From: Naegleria gruberi
Lineage: Eukaryota
Strand: one strand, 5' to 3'
Length of the DNA stretch: 64,000 nt
Assembly: GCA_000004985.1 (NCBI GenBank)
Contig: GG738887.1
The notes under the pieces were generated by a model. That model had not been told where the DNA came from. It ran no database searches and was given only the letters and a program-made list of their open reading frames with translations. A program made the translations under genes and the position numbers. Below are positions 48,001 to 58,347 of this stretch, in pieces; the first letter of the stretch is position 1, and the number at the start of each line of letters is the position of its first letter.

Positions 48001-51000
48001 NNNNNNNNNNNNNNNNNNNNNNNNNNNNNNNNNNNNNNNNNNNNNNNNNNNNNNNNNNNNNNNNNNNNNNNNNNNNNNNNNNNNNNNNNNNNNNNNNNNN
48101 NNNNNNNNNNNNNNNNNNNNNNNNNNNNNNNNNNNNNNNNNNNNNNNNNNNNNNNNNNNNNNNNNNNNNNNNNNNNNNNNNNNNNNNNNNNNNNNNNNNN
48201 NNNNNNNNNNNNNNNNNNNNNNNNNNNNNNNNNNNNNNNNNNNNNNNNNNNNNNNNNNNNNNNNNNNNNNNNNNNNNNNNNNNNNNNNNNNNNNNNNNNN
48301 NNNNNNNNNNNNNNNNNNNNNNNNNNNNNNNNNNNNNNNNNNNNNNNNNNNNNNNNNNNNNNNNNNNNNNNNNNNNNNNNNNNNNNNNNNNNNNNNNNNN
48401 NNNNNNNNNNNNNNNNNNNNNNNNNNNNNNNNNNNNNNNNNNNNNNNNNNNNNNNNNNNNNNNNNNNNNNNNNNNNNNNNNNNNNNNNNNNNNNNNNNNN
48501 NNNNNNNNNNNNNNNNNNNNNNNNNNNNNNNNNNNNNNNNNNNNNNNNNNNNNNNNNNNNNNNNNNNNNNNNNNNNNNNNNNNNNNNNNNNNNNNNNNNN
48601 NNNNNNNNNNNNNNNNNNNNNNNNNNNNNNNNNNNNNNNNNNNNNNNNNNNNNNNNNNNNNNNNNNNNNNNNNNNNNNNNNNNNNNNNNNNNNNNNNNNN
48701 NNNNNNNNNNNNNNNNNNNNNNNNNNNNNNNNNNNNNNNNNNNNNNNNNNNNNNNNNNNNNNNNNNNNNNNNNNNNNNNNNNNNNNNNNNNNNNNNNNNN
48801 NNNNNNNNNNNNNNNNNNNNNNNNNNNNNNNNNNNNNNNNNNNNNNNNNNNNNNNNNNNNNNNNNNNNNNNNNNNNNNNNNNNNNNNNNNNNNNNNNNNN
48901 NNNNNNNNNNNNNNNNNNNNNNNNNNNNNNNNNNNNNNNNNNNNNNNNNNNNNNNNNNNNNNNNNNNNNNNNNNNNNNNNNNNNNNNNNNNNNNNNNNNN
49001 NNNNNNNNNNNNNNNNNNNNNNNNNNNNNNNNNNNNNNNNNNNNNNNNNNNNNNNNNNNNNNNNNNNNNNNNNNNNNNNNNNNNNNNNNNNNNNNNNNNN
49101 NNNNNNNNNNNNNNNNNNNNNNNNNNNNNNNNNNNNNNNNNNNNNNNNNNNNNNNNNNNNNNNNNNNNNNNNNNNNNNNNNNNNNNNNNNNNNNNNNNNN
49201 NNNNNNNNNNNNNNNNNNNNNNNNNNNNNNNNNNNNNNNNNNNNNNNNNNNNNNNNNNNNNNNNNNNNNNNNNNNNNNNNNNNNNNNNNNNNNNNNNNNN
49301 NNNNNNNNNNNNNNNNNNNNNNNNNNNNNNNNNNNNNNNNNNNNNNNNNNNNNNNNNNNNNNNNNNNNNNNNNNNNNNNNNNNNNNNNNNNNNNNNNNNN
49401 NNNNNNNNNNNNNNNNNNNNNNNNNNNNNNNNNNNNNNNNNNNNNNNNNNNNNNNNNNNNNNNNNNNNNNNNNNNNNNNNNNNNNNNNNNNNNNNNNNNN
49501 NNNNNNNNNNNNNNNNNNNNNNNNNNNNNNNNNNNNNNNNNNNNNNNNNNNNNNNNNNNNNNNNNNNNNNNNNNNNNNNNNNNNNNNNNNNNNNNNNNNN
49601 NNNNNNNNNNNNNNNNNNNNNNNNNNNNNNNNNNNNNNNNNNNNNNNNNNNNNNNNNNNNNNNNNNNNNNNNNNNNNNNNNNNNNNNNNNNNNNNNNNNN
49701 NNNNNNNNNNNNNNNNNNNNNNNNNNNNNNNNNNNNNNNNNNNNNNNNNNNNNNNNNNNNNNNNNNNNNNNNNNNNNNNNNNNNNNNNNNNNNNNNNNNN
49801 NNNNNNNNNNNNNNNNNNNNNNNNNNNNNNNNNNNNNNNNNNNNNNNNNNNNNNNNNNNNNNNNNNNNNNNNNNNNNNNNNNNNNNNNNNNNNNNNNNNN
49901 NNNNNNNNNNNNNNNNNNNNNNNNNNNNNNNNNNNNNNNNNNNNNNNNNNNNNNNNNNNNNNNNNNNNNNNNNNNNNNNNNNNNNNNNNNNNNNNNNNNN
50001 NNNNNNNNNNNNNNNNNNNNNNNNNNNNNNNNNNNNNNNNNNNNNNNNNNNNNNNNNNNNNNNNNNNNNNNNNNNNNNNNNNNNNNNNNNNNNNNNNNNN
50101 NNNNNNNNNNNNNNNNNNNNNNNNNNNNNNNNNNNNNNNNNNNNNNNNNNNNNNNNNNNNNNNNNNNNNNNNNNNNNNNNNNNNNNNNNNNNNNNNNNNN
50201 NNNNNNNNNNNNNNNNNNNNNNNNNNNNNNNNNNNNNNNNNNNNNNNNNNNNNNNNNNNNNNNNNNNNNNNNNNNNNNNNNNNNNNNNNNNNNNNNNNNN
50301 NNNNNNNNNNNNNNNNNNNNNNNNNNNNNNNNNNNNNNNNNNNNNNNNNNNNNNNNNNNNNNNNNNNNNNNNNNNNNNNNNNNNNNNNNNNNNNNNNNNN
50401 NNNNNNNNNNNNNNNNNNNNNNNNNNNNNNNNNNNNNNNNNNNNNNNNNNNNNNNNNNNNNNNNNNNNNNNNNNNNNNNNNNNNNNNNNNNNNNNNNNNN
50501 NNNNNNNNNNNNNNNNNNNNNNNNNNNNNNNNNNNNNNNNNNNNNNNNNNNNNNNNNNNNNNNNNNNNNNNNNNNNNNNNNNNNNNNNNNNNNNNNNNNN
50601 NNNNNNNNNNNNNNNNNNNNNNNNNNNNNNNNNNNNNNNNNNNNNNNNNNNNNNNNNNNNNNNNNNNNNNNNNNNNNNNNNNNNNNNNNNNNNNNNNNNN
50701 NNNNNNNNNNNNNNNNNNNNNNNNNNNNNNNNNNNNNNNNNNNNNNNNNNNNNNNNNNNNNNNNNNNNNNNNNNNNNNNNNNNNNNNNNNNNNNNNNNNN
50801 NNNNNNNNNNNNNNNNNNNNNNNNNNNNNNNNNNNNNNNNNNNNNNNNNNNNNNNNNNNNNNNNNNNNNNNNNNNNNNNNNNNNNNNNNNNNNNNNNNNN
50901 NNNNNNNNNNNNNNNNNNNNNNNNNNNNNNNNNNNNNNNNNNNNNNNNNNNNNNNNNNNNNNNNNNNNNNNNNNNNNNNNNNNNNNNNNNNNNNNNNNNN

Positions 51001-52398
51001 NNNNNNNNNNNNNNNNNNNNNNNNNNNNNNNNNNNNNNNNNNNNNNNNNNNNNNNNNNNNNNNNNNNNNNNNNNNNNNNNNNNNNNNNNNNNNNNNNNNN
51101 NNNNNNNNNNNNNNNNNNNNNNNNNNNNNNNNNNNNNNNNNNNNNNNNNNNNNNNNNNNNNNNNNNNNNNNNNNNNNNNNNNNNNNNNNNNNNNNNNNNN
51201 NNNNNNNNNNNNNNNNNNNNNNNNNNNNNNNNNNNNNNNNNNNNNNNNNNNNNNNNNNNNNNNNNNNNNNNNNNNNNNNNNNNNNNNNNNNNNNNNNNNN
51301 NNNNNNNNNNNNNNNNNNNNNNNNNNNNNNNNNNNNNNNNNNNNNNNNNNNNNNNNNNNNNNNNNNNNNNNNNNNNNNNNNNNNNNNNNNNNNNNNNNNN
51401 NNNNNNNNNNNNNNNNNNNNNNNNNNNNNNNNNNNNNNNNNNNNNNNNNNNNNNNNNNNNNNNNNNNNNNNNNNNNNNNNNNNNNNNNNNNNNNNNNNNN
51501 NNNNNNNNNNNNNNNNNNNNNNNNNNNNNNNNNNNNNNNNNNNNNNNNNNNNNNNNNNNNNNNNNNNNNNNNNNNNNNNNNNNNNNNNNNNNNNNNNNNN
51601 NNNNNNNNNNNNNNNNNNNNNNNNNNNNNNNNNNNNNNNNNNNNNNNNNNNNNNNNNNNNNNNNNNNNNNNNNNNNNNNNNNNNNNNNNNNNNNNNNNNN
51701 NNNNNNNNNNNNNNNNNNNNNNNNNNNNNNNNNNNNNNNNNNNNNNNNNNNNNNNNNNNNNNNNNNNNNNNNNNNNNNNNNNNNNNNNNNNNNNNNNNNN
51801 NNNNNNNNNNNNNNNNNNNNNNNNNNNNNNNNNNNNNNNNNNNNNNNNNNNNNNNNNNNNNNNNNNNNNNNNNNNNNNNNNNNNNNNNNNNNNNNNNNNN
51901 NNNNNNNNNNNNNNNNNNNNNNNNNNNNNNNNNNNNNNNNNNNNNNNNNNNNNNNNNNNNNNNNNNNNNNNNNNNNNNNNNNNNNNNNNNNNNNNNNNNN
52001 NNNNNNNNNNNNNNNNNNNNNNNNNNNNNNNNNNNNNNNNNNNNNNNNNNNNNNNNNNNNNNNNNNNNNNNNNNNNNNNNNNNNNNNNNNNNNNNNNNNN
52101 NNNNNNNNNNNNNNNNNNNNNNNNNNNNNNNNNNNNNNNNNNNNNNNNNNNNNNNNNNNNNNNNNNNNNNNNNNNNNNNNNNNNNNNNNNNNNNNNNNNN
52201 NNNNNNNNNNNNNNNNNNNNNNNNNNNNNNNNNNNNNNNNNNNNNNNNNNNNNNNNNNNNNNNNNNNNNNNNNNNNNNNNNNNNNNNNNNNNNNNNNNNN
52301 NNNNNNNNNNNNNNNNNNNNNNNNNNNNNNNNNNNNNNNNNNNNNNNNNNNNNNNNNNNNNNNNNNNNNNNNNNNNNNNNNNNNNNNNNNNNNNNNNN
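1..52398. other. Unresolved or masked sequence, a run of N (assembly gap)
   Basis: The run of n extends to 52398 and the first real bases (ct) appear at 52399-52400. Confidence 0.97.
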
Positions 52399-52420
52399 CT
52401 CTGTTGTTTTAATAGTAACT

Positions 52421-55400
52421 TTATTGATTATTAGAATGAGGTGTAACTTGTTCATCGGAAAAAGATATGTGTTGAGAAACTGTTGAGGGATGAATAGAAG
52501 GACGACGCTCTTGTTGCTGTTGTTGTAATTGTTGTAATTCAATAATTTCCTCCTCTGTCACCACTGTCTGGGCATGATGTTTATCTTTCAATAAATAGGT
52601 TTCACAAACACCCTTTCCTTTCACTTCAACACTTCTCTGTTCAAATTCAAATCCAATATCATACACTCTCTGATAGGTCGATCTGGAAATTTGAATTCTT
52701 CCTGCCATTGAAGTTGATTCCATTCGAGAAGCAGTATTGATAGTATCACCCCATAAATCATAGGCAAACTTCTTCTTTCCAATCACACCAGCAACAACTG
52801 ATCCTGTATTGATTCCAACTCGAATATTCAATTGATTTTGAGGATGTTCAATATTATAATTTCTAATTACTTGAAATGTATCAATTGCAAATCTCAATGT
52901 TCTTTCAGGATGATCAGATTGTGGATTATTATGTAAACCTCCAACACAGAAATAGGCATCACCAATTGTCTTGATCTTTTCCAATGAATAAACATCTGTC
53001 AAATCATCAAATCCATTCACAATGGATGACAACATCAAAACCAATTCGCTTGGATTCATTCCACTTGACATTTTCGTAAAACCAACCATATCACTAAAGA
53101 AACAAGTAATATCACTAAATCTCTCAGCAATAAATGTCTCACCTGATTTCAACTTGCTTGCAACAGCATCTGGCAAGATATTTCTCAATAAATTTTCAGA
53201 ATTTTTCTTCTCCTCCGCTAGAAGTGAATTTTGCTTCTTCTCTGGAGTGATATCTCTCATAAAGCATGAAACAACCATTGAGTTACTCTTTCCCTTGTCA
53301 GAGCTGCCAGAAATTCTCGAAACAAAGATGGTGACCATGGCTGGAAACTTTGTGGAATTCTTTCTAACACATTCCAATTCAATAACATCTCCATGTTTGA
53401 CATTTTCATCAATTTCACTCTTGATTGTTTTCAAAATGTTGGACAACTTTTCACCAGAGTGCTCATCAAATAAATGCATAAAGTTTGTTCCCAGAACATC
53501 AGAAATTGACTTTCCGAACATGTTCTGAGCTGGTCCATTGAATAGAATGATATCTCCATTTTCGTTTGCTAATAGTGCACCATCTACCATTGAACTCATT
53601 AATTTCTTCAAAGAATCTTGATCTGTAGCTGAGGATTGTTTTAGCTTTCGTCCAGTCAAATAGTTCGTTCCAATAGAGTTGTACAAGGCAAAACTCTTGA
53701 GTCCATCATTTGATTCTATGAATTCTGTGGACAGATAATTCAGGAATGCTTTCATATTGGTTATTTCGTGATCATAGGTTTGGAAACTGATGAAAATCAT
53801 GTATTGTAATATGAGCATTGAAGTTATACCGAAAATCAAGAATACAATTGAAATTGTAGTGGAAGGAAGAGATGTCAAACTGACCAATGTTGTGAGAAAA
53901 TCTCTAAACTTGTCATAAACCATATCACACATATTAAATAGTGTTAGCAATTCTGCGAATGCTTCTTCAGATTGTGTTGAAGCATAGGAAGGATTGAAGA
54001 ACTTCTCGCTCACTTGTCCTGCCAGTATTGTGAATGTAGACATGTACTTTTGAAGGCCATAACAATCTTTTAACAATTCATTACTTTGTCCAATAATTTT
54101 GTTTCCATTAGATTTCCAATTATAGTCAATGGAGGAATTGGTGCAAGTCGATAGACCAGTAATAATCTTATCTAATTTGGAGTATTTCCCAACGAGTGGT
54201 GTTGTTATTCCATCTTGGCCATAAATAACCTGATCATAAATGGTTGCCGACAAATCAATGAATTGTCTGATTTCTGTTTTCATTGTTTGCAATTGTGAAT
54301 TATTCGAAACCAAAAATGGGCTGTTAATGAATTTTCCAGATGGCAATGACAAGTAAATAAACAATTCATTCAGTCTAATAGTAACTCTATGAACTGTTCT
54401 CAAAAATACACTCAGCAAATCAACATTGTAAATGGCAGATGAAGCAGTTGAAATATTCATTGAAATTTCATAATAAATCAAACCAGAAGACAACATGAAA
54501 ACTGTCACAATTAGAAGTGCCAATATCAGAGAGAAGGCCTTTGGTTGCAAGAGAGGATTTTTCTTCAAGTGCTTGGCATCATCTTTTGTCTTTTCTTCTA
54601 ATTTGTGATAAATTATTCCAACAAAATCTTTTGGAATTTTCTTGTACAGAGATGTGATCTTACTGAACCATGTCATCTCACTCCTTGAAATCAAAATGAA
54701 AATAACGTAAATCATCGTCATTACTGAGGAGGATGTGAAAATATAGGCCAATAAAATAATATTCAACTGGTGAGTGTTTGCTCTTTCGCTTTCCTGGAAT
54801 GACTTGCAGAATTGGAGATAATTATCGGCTAAATATCTTCTATTTAAATAAATGTACATGAAACTGTAACTCTTTGTTGTTTCATTGTATTGCTTTTCTC
54901 CAAAGTTCAAAAATTGCTCAACATGATGCAAGAATTCTTGAGAAACTTCACTCATTGAAACATTTTTTGAGAAGGTGTTTACAAATTCAATTGATTTAGG
55001 ATCTGTTGTTGAAATTGGAATTAAAATTGGACTTGCTCTCTCTGTAAAGTCATTATACATGTTACTTGTAAATTTACCAGATTGTGAATTGGAAATTAAT
55101 GTTTCCAAATACCCCTTATGCTCCAAATATCGATTTCTGAAGGTTGATGTGAAATAATTCAATTCATACATTCGACTCGAGTTCTTTAACCATGATTGTC
55201 CTTCATTTGCGTAAACCTCTGTCAAGATTTGATTCATTCTTGCAACTCTTAGTAATGCACCTGGTGTTGAACCAGGAATGCAACTCTGCAATACAAGAGG
55301 AGTAGAAACAACTCTCTCATTATAAACAATACTCAGAATGAAAATGACAATTAACAAGACATGCATCAAAACTGACAAGAATAGAAAGACTGAGATTCTC

Positions 55401-57643
55401 AGTTTGGATTGGAATGGAGCATTGATGGCAGTTCTGAAGAAGGTTTCCTTCTTGTCAATTCCTTGATTTTCGACACCTTCGAAATCCATCTCATTCCCAT
55501 TGAATTGACTTTTTCCATTTAGGGCTGAACCACTTTCATCTCTTTCAGTACTAATATCTTCATTATTGGTGGACATTTCCACATTGGATGAGGGCACAAT
55601 CTTATTCTTGAATTTCTTTGCTTCGTAATATGATTGTGGATTGTGATGATTGACATTCTTTGATCTCGATTCTTCTTCTTCCATTGCAGCTGCTTCTTCA
55701 AACAATGAAGTAGATAGTTCCTTATCGAATTTGAATTCCTCAAGGTAGGACGCATAAAAACGAATCACTGTCTTATCGTGACTGTGAGCTTTGGTAAGAT
55801 TGAGGAAATTCTGGTCACAGAATAGTGTTAGGACAGAAGCTCTGCTATTAATTTGTGAAAGTTTGGTTTCGTTTGGAATATCGTTCAACATTTCCTTCCA
55901 GAATGATTTATGAACAATTCGAAGCTCAGCAAGGGTTATTTCTAATTCTGTAATTGTGTTTCTTACTTCCATATTTGTCTTGGTTAGCTCGTTGAGTGTA
56001 ATTTCAATTTCTTTTTGTTTTTCAGTGATAAGAACTCTCTTTAAAGTTTGATGACAATGTTTAAGAGCCTTTGCCAGTAGATAATTTGCAAATTGAGATC
56101 TGTGATCATCTTGCCAAATGTAGTTGACCAAAACACTTGAAATGAGCAACATTTCAGTATTAAGGAAGGATTTCTGCTGAGAAATGGATTTCACAAAAGC
56201 AATAGCCATTAATGGATCACTGACAATAGTCACACCGTAATGATCGGGGGAGTGATGTTTCACATTTTGCCCAATTGAAAATTGTAAAAACAACATCAAG
56301 TGTCTTAGAGATAATTGTTCACAAACAATGAAAATGGGAACTGCCTCTCTTTCAATAATGTTGTAAAGTGATAAATCTGCTCTGCTCTCAGTTATTTCAC
56401 AGACACTAATCTTGGTTTTGAAAATATTTCTTATTTGTCTGCAAACAACAAGTGTGTAAATTTCCAAAGCAGTAAAAGCAAGAATGAAAAATAGAATTCC
56501 CAATCCAATACTCAATCCCATCATTCCAAGACCCAAATCACTCAACAGATTTACATTGACCAATGAGCTAATCAATACTCCAATACTAACTCCAAATCTT
56601 GCACAAACAATTCCAAAATAGAGTGAATTCATCATTCGATGATAGAATGGTAAACTGTAAATGACGAGAGGAATGTTGATAAAGCTCAAAATGAGATGAA
56701 CAATCGCTCTCCCCATCATGTAATTCGGTGGAATGAAGAACATGATTAACAATTCCAATCCTATCGTGCAAATGGTTGGTGCCAATATAAAGTTATCCTT
56801 CGTCACAAAAGGAATTCCAACATTGGGTGTATTGATTGGCAATAAAAACACAGAGAAACTCCAACTCACAAATGTAATCATCATTCCAATCAAACTCATG
56901 ACAATTAAAATAGTATTTGTTTTAGAATAACATTGAACTGATGGAAATCTTGACAATCCAGAAACACTTGCTGTCTGATCTTCGACATTGATTTGAATAT
57001 TTGGATTACAATCAACAAAACTGCTCATAATAAATAAGGCAACTGGTCCAATAAACGATACTACTAATGAACAATACATCCCAACCTTGTCAAATATTTT
57101 GTAAATTCCTTCACATCTCTTCTTCATTCCAATAATCATCAAGATAATATTCACCAATGAAATCAATGTAAATAGGACAGAAAGTGCAATTATTCCCTCA
57201 TAAGGAATGGCATCTGTTGATAAAGTGAGTGGATAATTCAATACTCTAAATACCCATCCTCCTTCAAATCCAAACGGTGAAGTATTATATTCATTATTTA
57301 TGGTACTATTAGATGAAAGTATACTAGAATACTCCTGATGAGAAGTCAATGCAGGTAACCACATTCCAATCCACAACATGTATAAAAACCATAACGATAT
57401 AGCCAATCTAGCCAGTCGTATCTTCCACGGGACTGTTACAGGCAAACCTTCTACATAGCTGCCTTTGCTGTTGCTAAACCTTGTGAGGGTGTTCATCCTC
57501 ATCTTGCTACATAAATACATCATTGATAGATATTCATTAAAGGTTTTGAATAAGGAGCTGGCAAAAGAGGCAGAAGTTATTGAAGAACCACCATCTGATG
57601 AAGAGGTGGAAATAGATGATCTTCTGCCTAATGTTGATTCCAT
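52421..57643 (-). CDS. Multi-pass membrane class III adenylyl/guanylyl cyclase with a PAS domain (TM cluster 1; coiled-coil plus degenerate cyclase-like segment; TM cluster 2; PAS; catalytic cyclase domain; short polyQ tail)
   Basis: Uninterrupted 5.3 kb minus-strand ORF with stop TAA at 52421-52423. The track start at 57781 is a TTG (plus 'caa'), not ATG. The frame stays open upstream to a TAA at 57821-57823. In-frame ATGs lie at 57736 (QHMWF, weak context) and 57643 (AAAAGAATGG, good A-rich context); I chose 57643 and the true start is uncertain. Cyclase hallmarks are read directly from the translation: FSDMVGFT and IGDAYF (the two metal-binding Asp motifs), EKIKTIGD (a Lys at the adenine-specifying position), and GVIGKKKFAYDLWGDTINTASRMES. 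A PAS-like segment (GALLANENGDIILFNGPAQNMFG ... VVSCFMRDITPEKK) lies immediately N-terminal. Many hydrophobic 20-25-aa stretches form two TM clusters. Confidence 0.85.
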   Translation of the reverse strand: MESTLGRRSSISTSSSDGGSSITSASFASSLFKTFNEYLSMMYLCSKMRMNTLTRFSNSKGSYVEGLPVTVPWKIRLARLAISLWFLYMLWIGMWLPALTSHQEYSSILSSNSTINNEYNTSPFGFEGGWVFRVLNYPLTLSTDAIPYEGIIALSVLFTLISLVNIILMIIGMKKRCEGIYKIFDKVGMYCSLVVSFIGPVALFIMSSFVDCNPNIQINVEDQTASVSGLSRFPSVQCYSKTNTILIVMSLIGMMITFVSWSFSVFLLPINTPNVGIPFVTKDNFILAPTICTIGLELLIMFFIPPNYMMGRAIVHLILSFINIPLVIYSLPFYHRMMNSLYFGIVCARFGVSIGVLISSLVNVNLLSDLGLGMMGLSIGLGILFFILAFTALEIYTLVVCRQIRNIFKTKISVCEITESRADLSLYNIIEREAVPIFIVCEQLSLRHLMLFLQFSIGQNVKHHSPDHYGVTIVSDPLMAIAFVKSISQQKSFLNTEMLLISSVLVNYIWQDDHRSQFANYLLAKALKHCHQTLKRVLITEKQKEIEITLNELTKTNMEVRNTITELEITLAELRIVHKSFWKEMLNDIPNETKLSQINSRASVLTLFCDQNFLNLTKAHSHDKTVIRFYASYLEEFKFDKELSTSLFEEAAAMEEEESRSKNVNHHNPQSYYEAKKFKNKIVPSSNVEMSTNNEDISTERDESGSALNGKSQFNGNEMDFEGVENQGIDKKETFFRTAINAPFQSKLRISVFLFLSVLMHVLLIVIFILSIVYNERVVSTPLVLQSCIPGSTPGALLRVARMNQILTEVYANEGQSWLKNSSRMYELNYFTSTFRNRYLEHKGYLETLISNSQSGKFTSNMYNDFTERASPILIPISTTDPKSIEFVNTFSKNVSMSEVSQEFLHHVEQFLNFGEKQYNETTKSYSFMYIYLNRRYLADNYLQFCKSFQESERANTHQLNIILLAYIFTSSSVMTMIYVIFILISRSEMTWFSKITSLYKKIPKDFVGIIYHKLEEKTKDDAKHLKKNPLLQPKAFSLILALLIVTVFMLSSGLIYYEISMNISTASSAIYNVDLLSVFLRTVHRVTIRLNELFIYLSLPSGKFINSPFLVSNNSQLQTMKTEIRQFIDLSATIYDQVIYGQDGITTPLVGKYSKLDKIITGLSTCTNSSIDYNWKSNGNKIIGQSNELLKDCYGLQKYMSTFTILAGQVSEKFFNPSYASTQSEEAFAELLTLFNMCDMVYDKFRDFLTTLVSLTSLPSTTISIVFLIFGITSMLILQYMIFISFQTYDHEITNMKAFLNYLSTEFIESNDGLKSFALYNSIGTNYLTGRKLKQSSATDQDSLKKLMSSMVDGALLANENGDIILFNGPAQNMFGKSISDVLGTNFMHLFDEHSGEKLSNILKTIKSEIDENVKHGDVIELECVRKNSTKFPAMVTIFVSRISGSSDKGKSNSMVVSCFMRDITPEKKQNSLLAEEKKNSENLLRNILPDAVASKLKSGETFIAERFSDITCFFSDMVGFTKMSSGMNPSELVLMLSSIVNGFDDLTDVYSLEKIKTIGDAYFCVGGLHNNPQSDHPERTLRFAIDTFQVIRNYNIEHPQNQLNIRVGINTGSVVAGVIGKKKFAYDLWGDTINTASRMESTSMAGRIQISRSTYQRVYDIGFEFEQRSVEVKGKGVCETYLLKDKHHAQTVVTEEEIIELQQLQQQQQERRPSIHPSTVSQHISFSDEQVTPHSNNQ
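52511..52540 (-). repeat. Imperfect (TTG)n / (CAA/CAG)n trinucleotide run encoding QQLQQQQQ in the cyclase C-terminal tail
   Basis: Plus strand reads ttgttgctgttgttgtaattgttgtaattc. Confidence 0.6.
52580..53191 (-). other. Class III nucleotidyl cyclase catalytic (CHD) domain within the cyclase CDS
   Basis: About 204 aa, LLRNILPDAVASKL...FSDMVGFT...EKIKTIGDAYFCVGGL...RVGINTGSVVAGVIG...DLWGDTINTASRMES...VKGKGVCETYLLKDK. Coordinates are computed from the aa index and may be off by a few codons. Confidence 0.85.
53207..53611 (-). other. PAS sensor domain immediately upstream of the cyclase catalytic domain
   Basis: MVDGALLANENGDIILFNGPAQNMFGKSISDVLGTNFMHLF...HGDVIELECVRKNSTKFPAMVTIFVSRI...MVVSCFMRDITPEKK. 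The pattern is PAS-like: N-cap, dG-I-x-x-N, G-y-x-x-E-lIG, and a terminal RDIT-E-KK motif. Confidence 0.65.
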
Positions 57644-58341
57644 TCTTTTCTTGTTGTTGAATAAATTATATTCATGCCAACAGCATTGGCATTGTAGTTT
57701 TTGATAGGTTTTGCCAGGAGAAGATGTGAACCACATGTGTTGTATGAAACATGTAATATTTCCAAACTTCGGCCAATCCAAGTAGATATGAGAAGTGATG
57801 ATGTTTTTGGTTTTAGTACTTTAAAGACATTCCAGTAAGATTGAAATACTAAAGCGATGATTCCTTAATGTAATAAATACAAAAGTAATTCGAATCACGA
57901 TGAAGATTGTTGATCGAATCTATCCAAATGTTCTTGGCACGCCTAATATTTATCAAAATGTCTACTTTGATAAACATCATAGTTTGATTGCTTTTAAAAC
58001 AAATCATGCACATTACTAAATTATTACTGCACTTGTTAATAGGAAATTAGAGCCTTCCGTCGTTCATATGAACTATTTTTGTTACATTTGATTATGAATA
58101 ATACTAATATTGCTCATGTCTCTACACTTGCCTCCTTCATTGTGATATTTTTTAAATAATTAATATTAATAAATATTGAAACTTTAAAATTTTTTAACAA
58201 AAGATAAATTGTGGAAAGTAACGATTTTGATCAATCCCAACAAATTTGTTGCTGTCTCCGAAGCAAAAGAACAAATCATCACACAATATTGAAAGAACAG
58301 TAAATTTCAAGAGCGCCAAAATACAAAAGATTTTTAAAAAA

Positions 58342-58347
58342 TTTATT
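58342..58347 (-). terminator. AATAAA polyadenylation-like hexamer overlapping the stop codon of the EF-hand gene
   Basis: Minus strand reads CAATAAATTTTTTAAAAATC. The stop TAA sits inside AATAAA and is followed by a T-rich tract. Confidence 0.3.

Noticed and set aside
53022-53528. 168-aa plus-strand ORF, and other small plus-strand ORFs (54975-55157, 56733-56930, 57465-57704), inside the cyclase locus
   Set aside because: They are antisense or alternative-frame ORFs overlapping a 5.3-kb gene with strong domain content. Their low-complexity, hydrophobic translations look like reverse-frame artefacts.
55790-55905. Calling the degenerate cyclase-like stretch a second catalytic domain
   Set aside because: Only the ILP..VA-like and VTILF-like blocks are recognisable. 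The metal-binding Asp residues and the downstream half of a CHD are absent. It is kept as a hypothesis inside the cyclase finding, not as a feature.
57860-57925. Direct repeat TTCGAATC / ATCGAATC about 30 nt apart in the cyclase upstream region
   Set aside because: Two 8-mers with one mismatch in AT-rich spacer, with no further copies. Insufficient to call a regulatory repeat.
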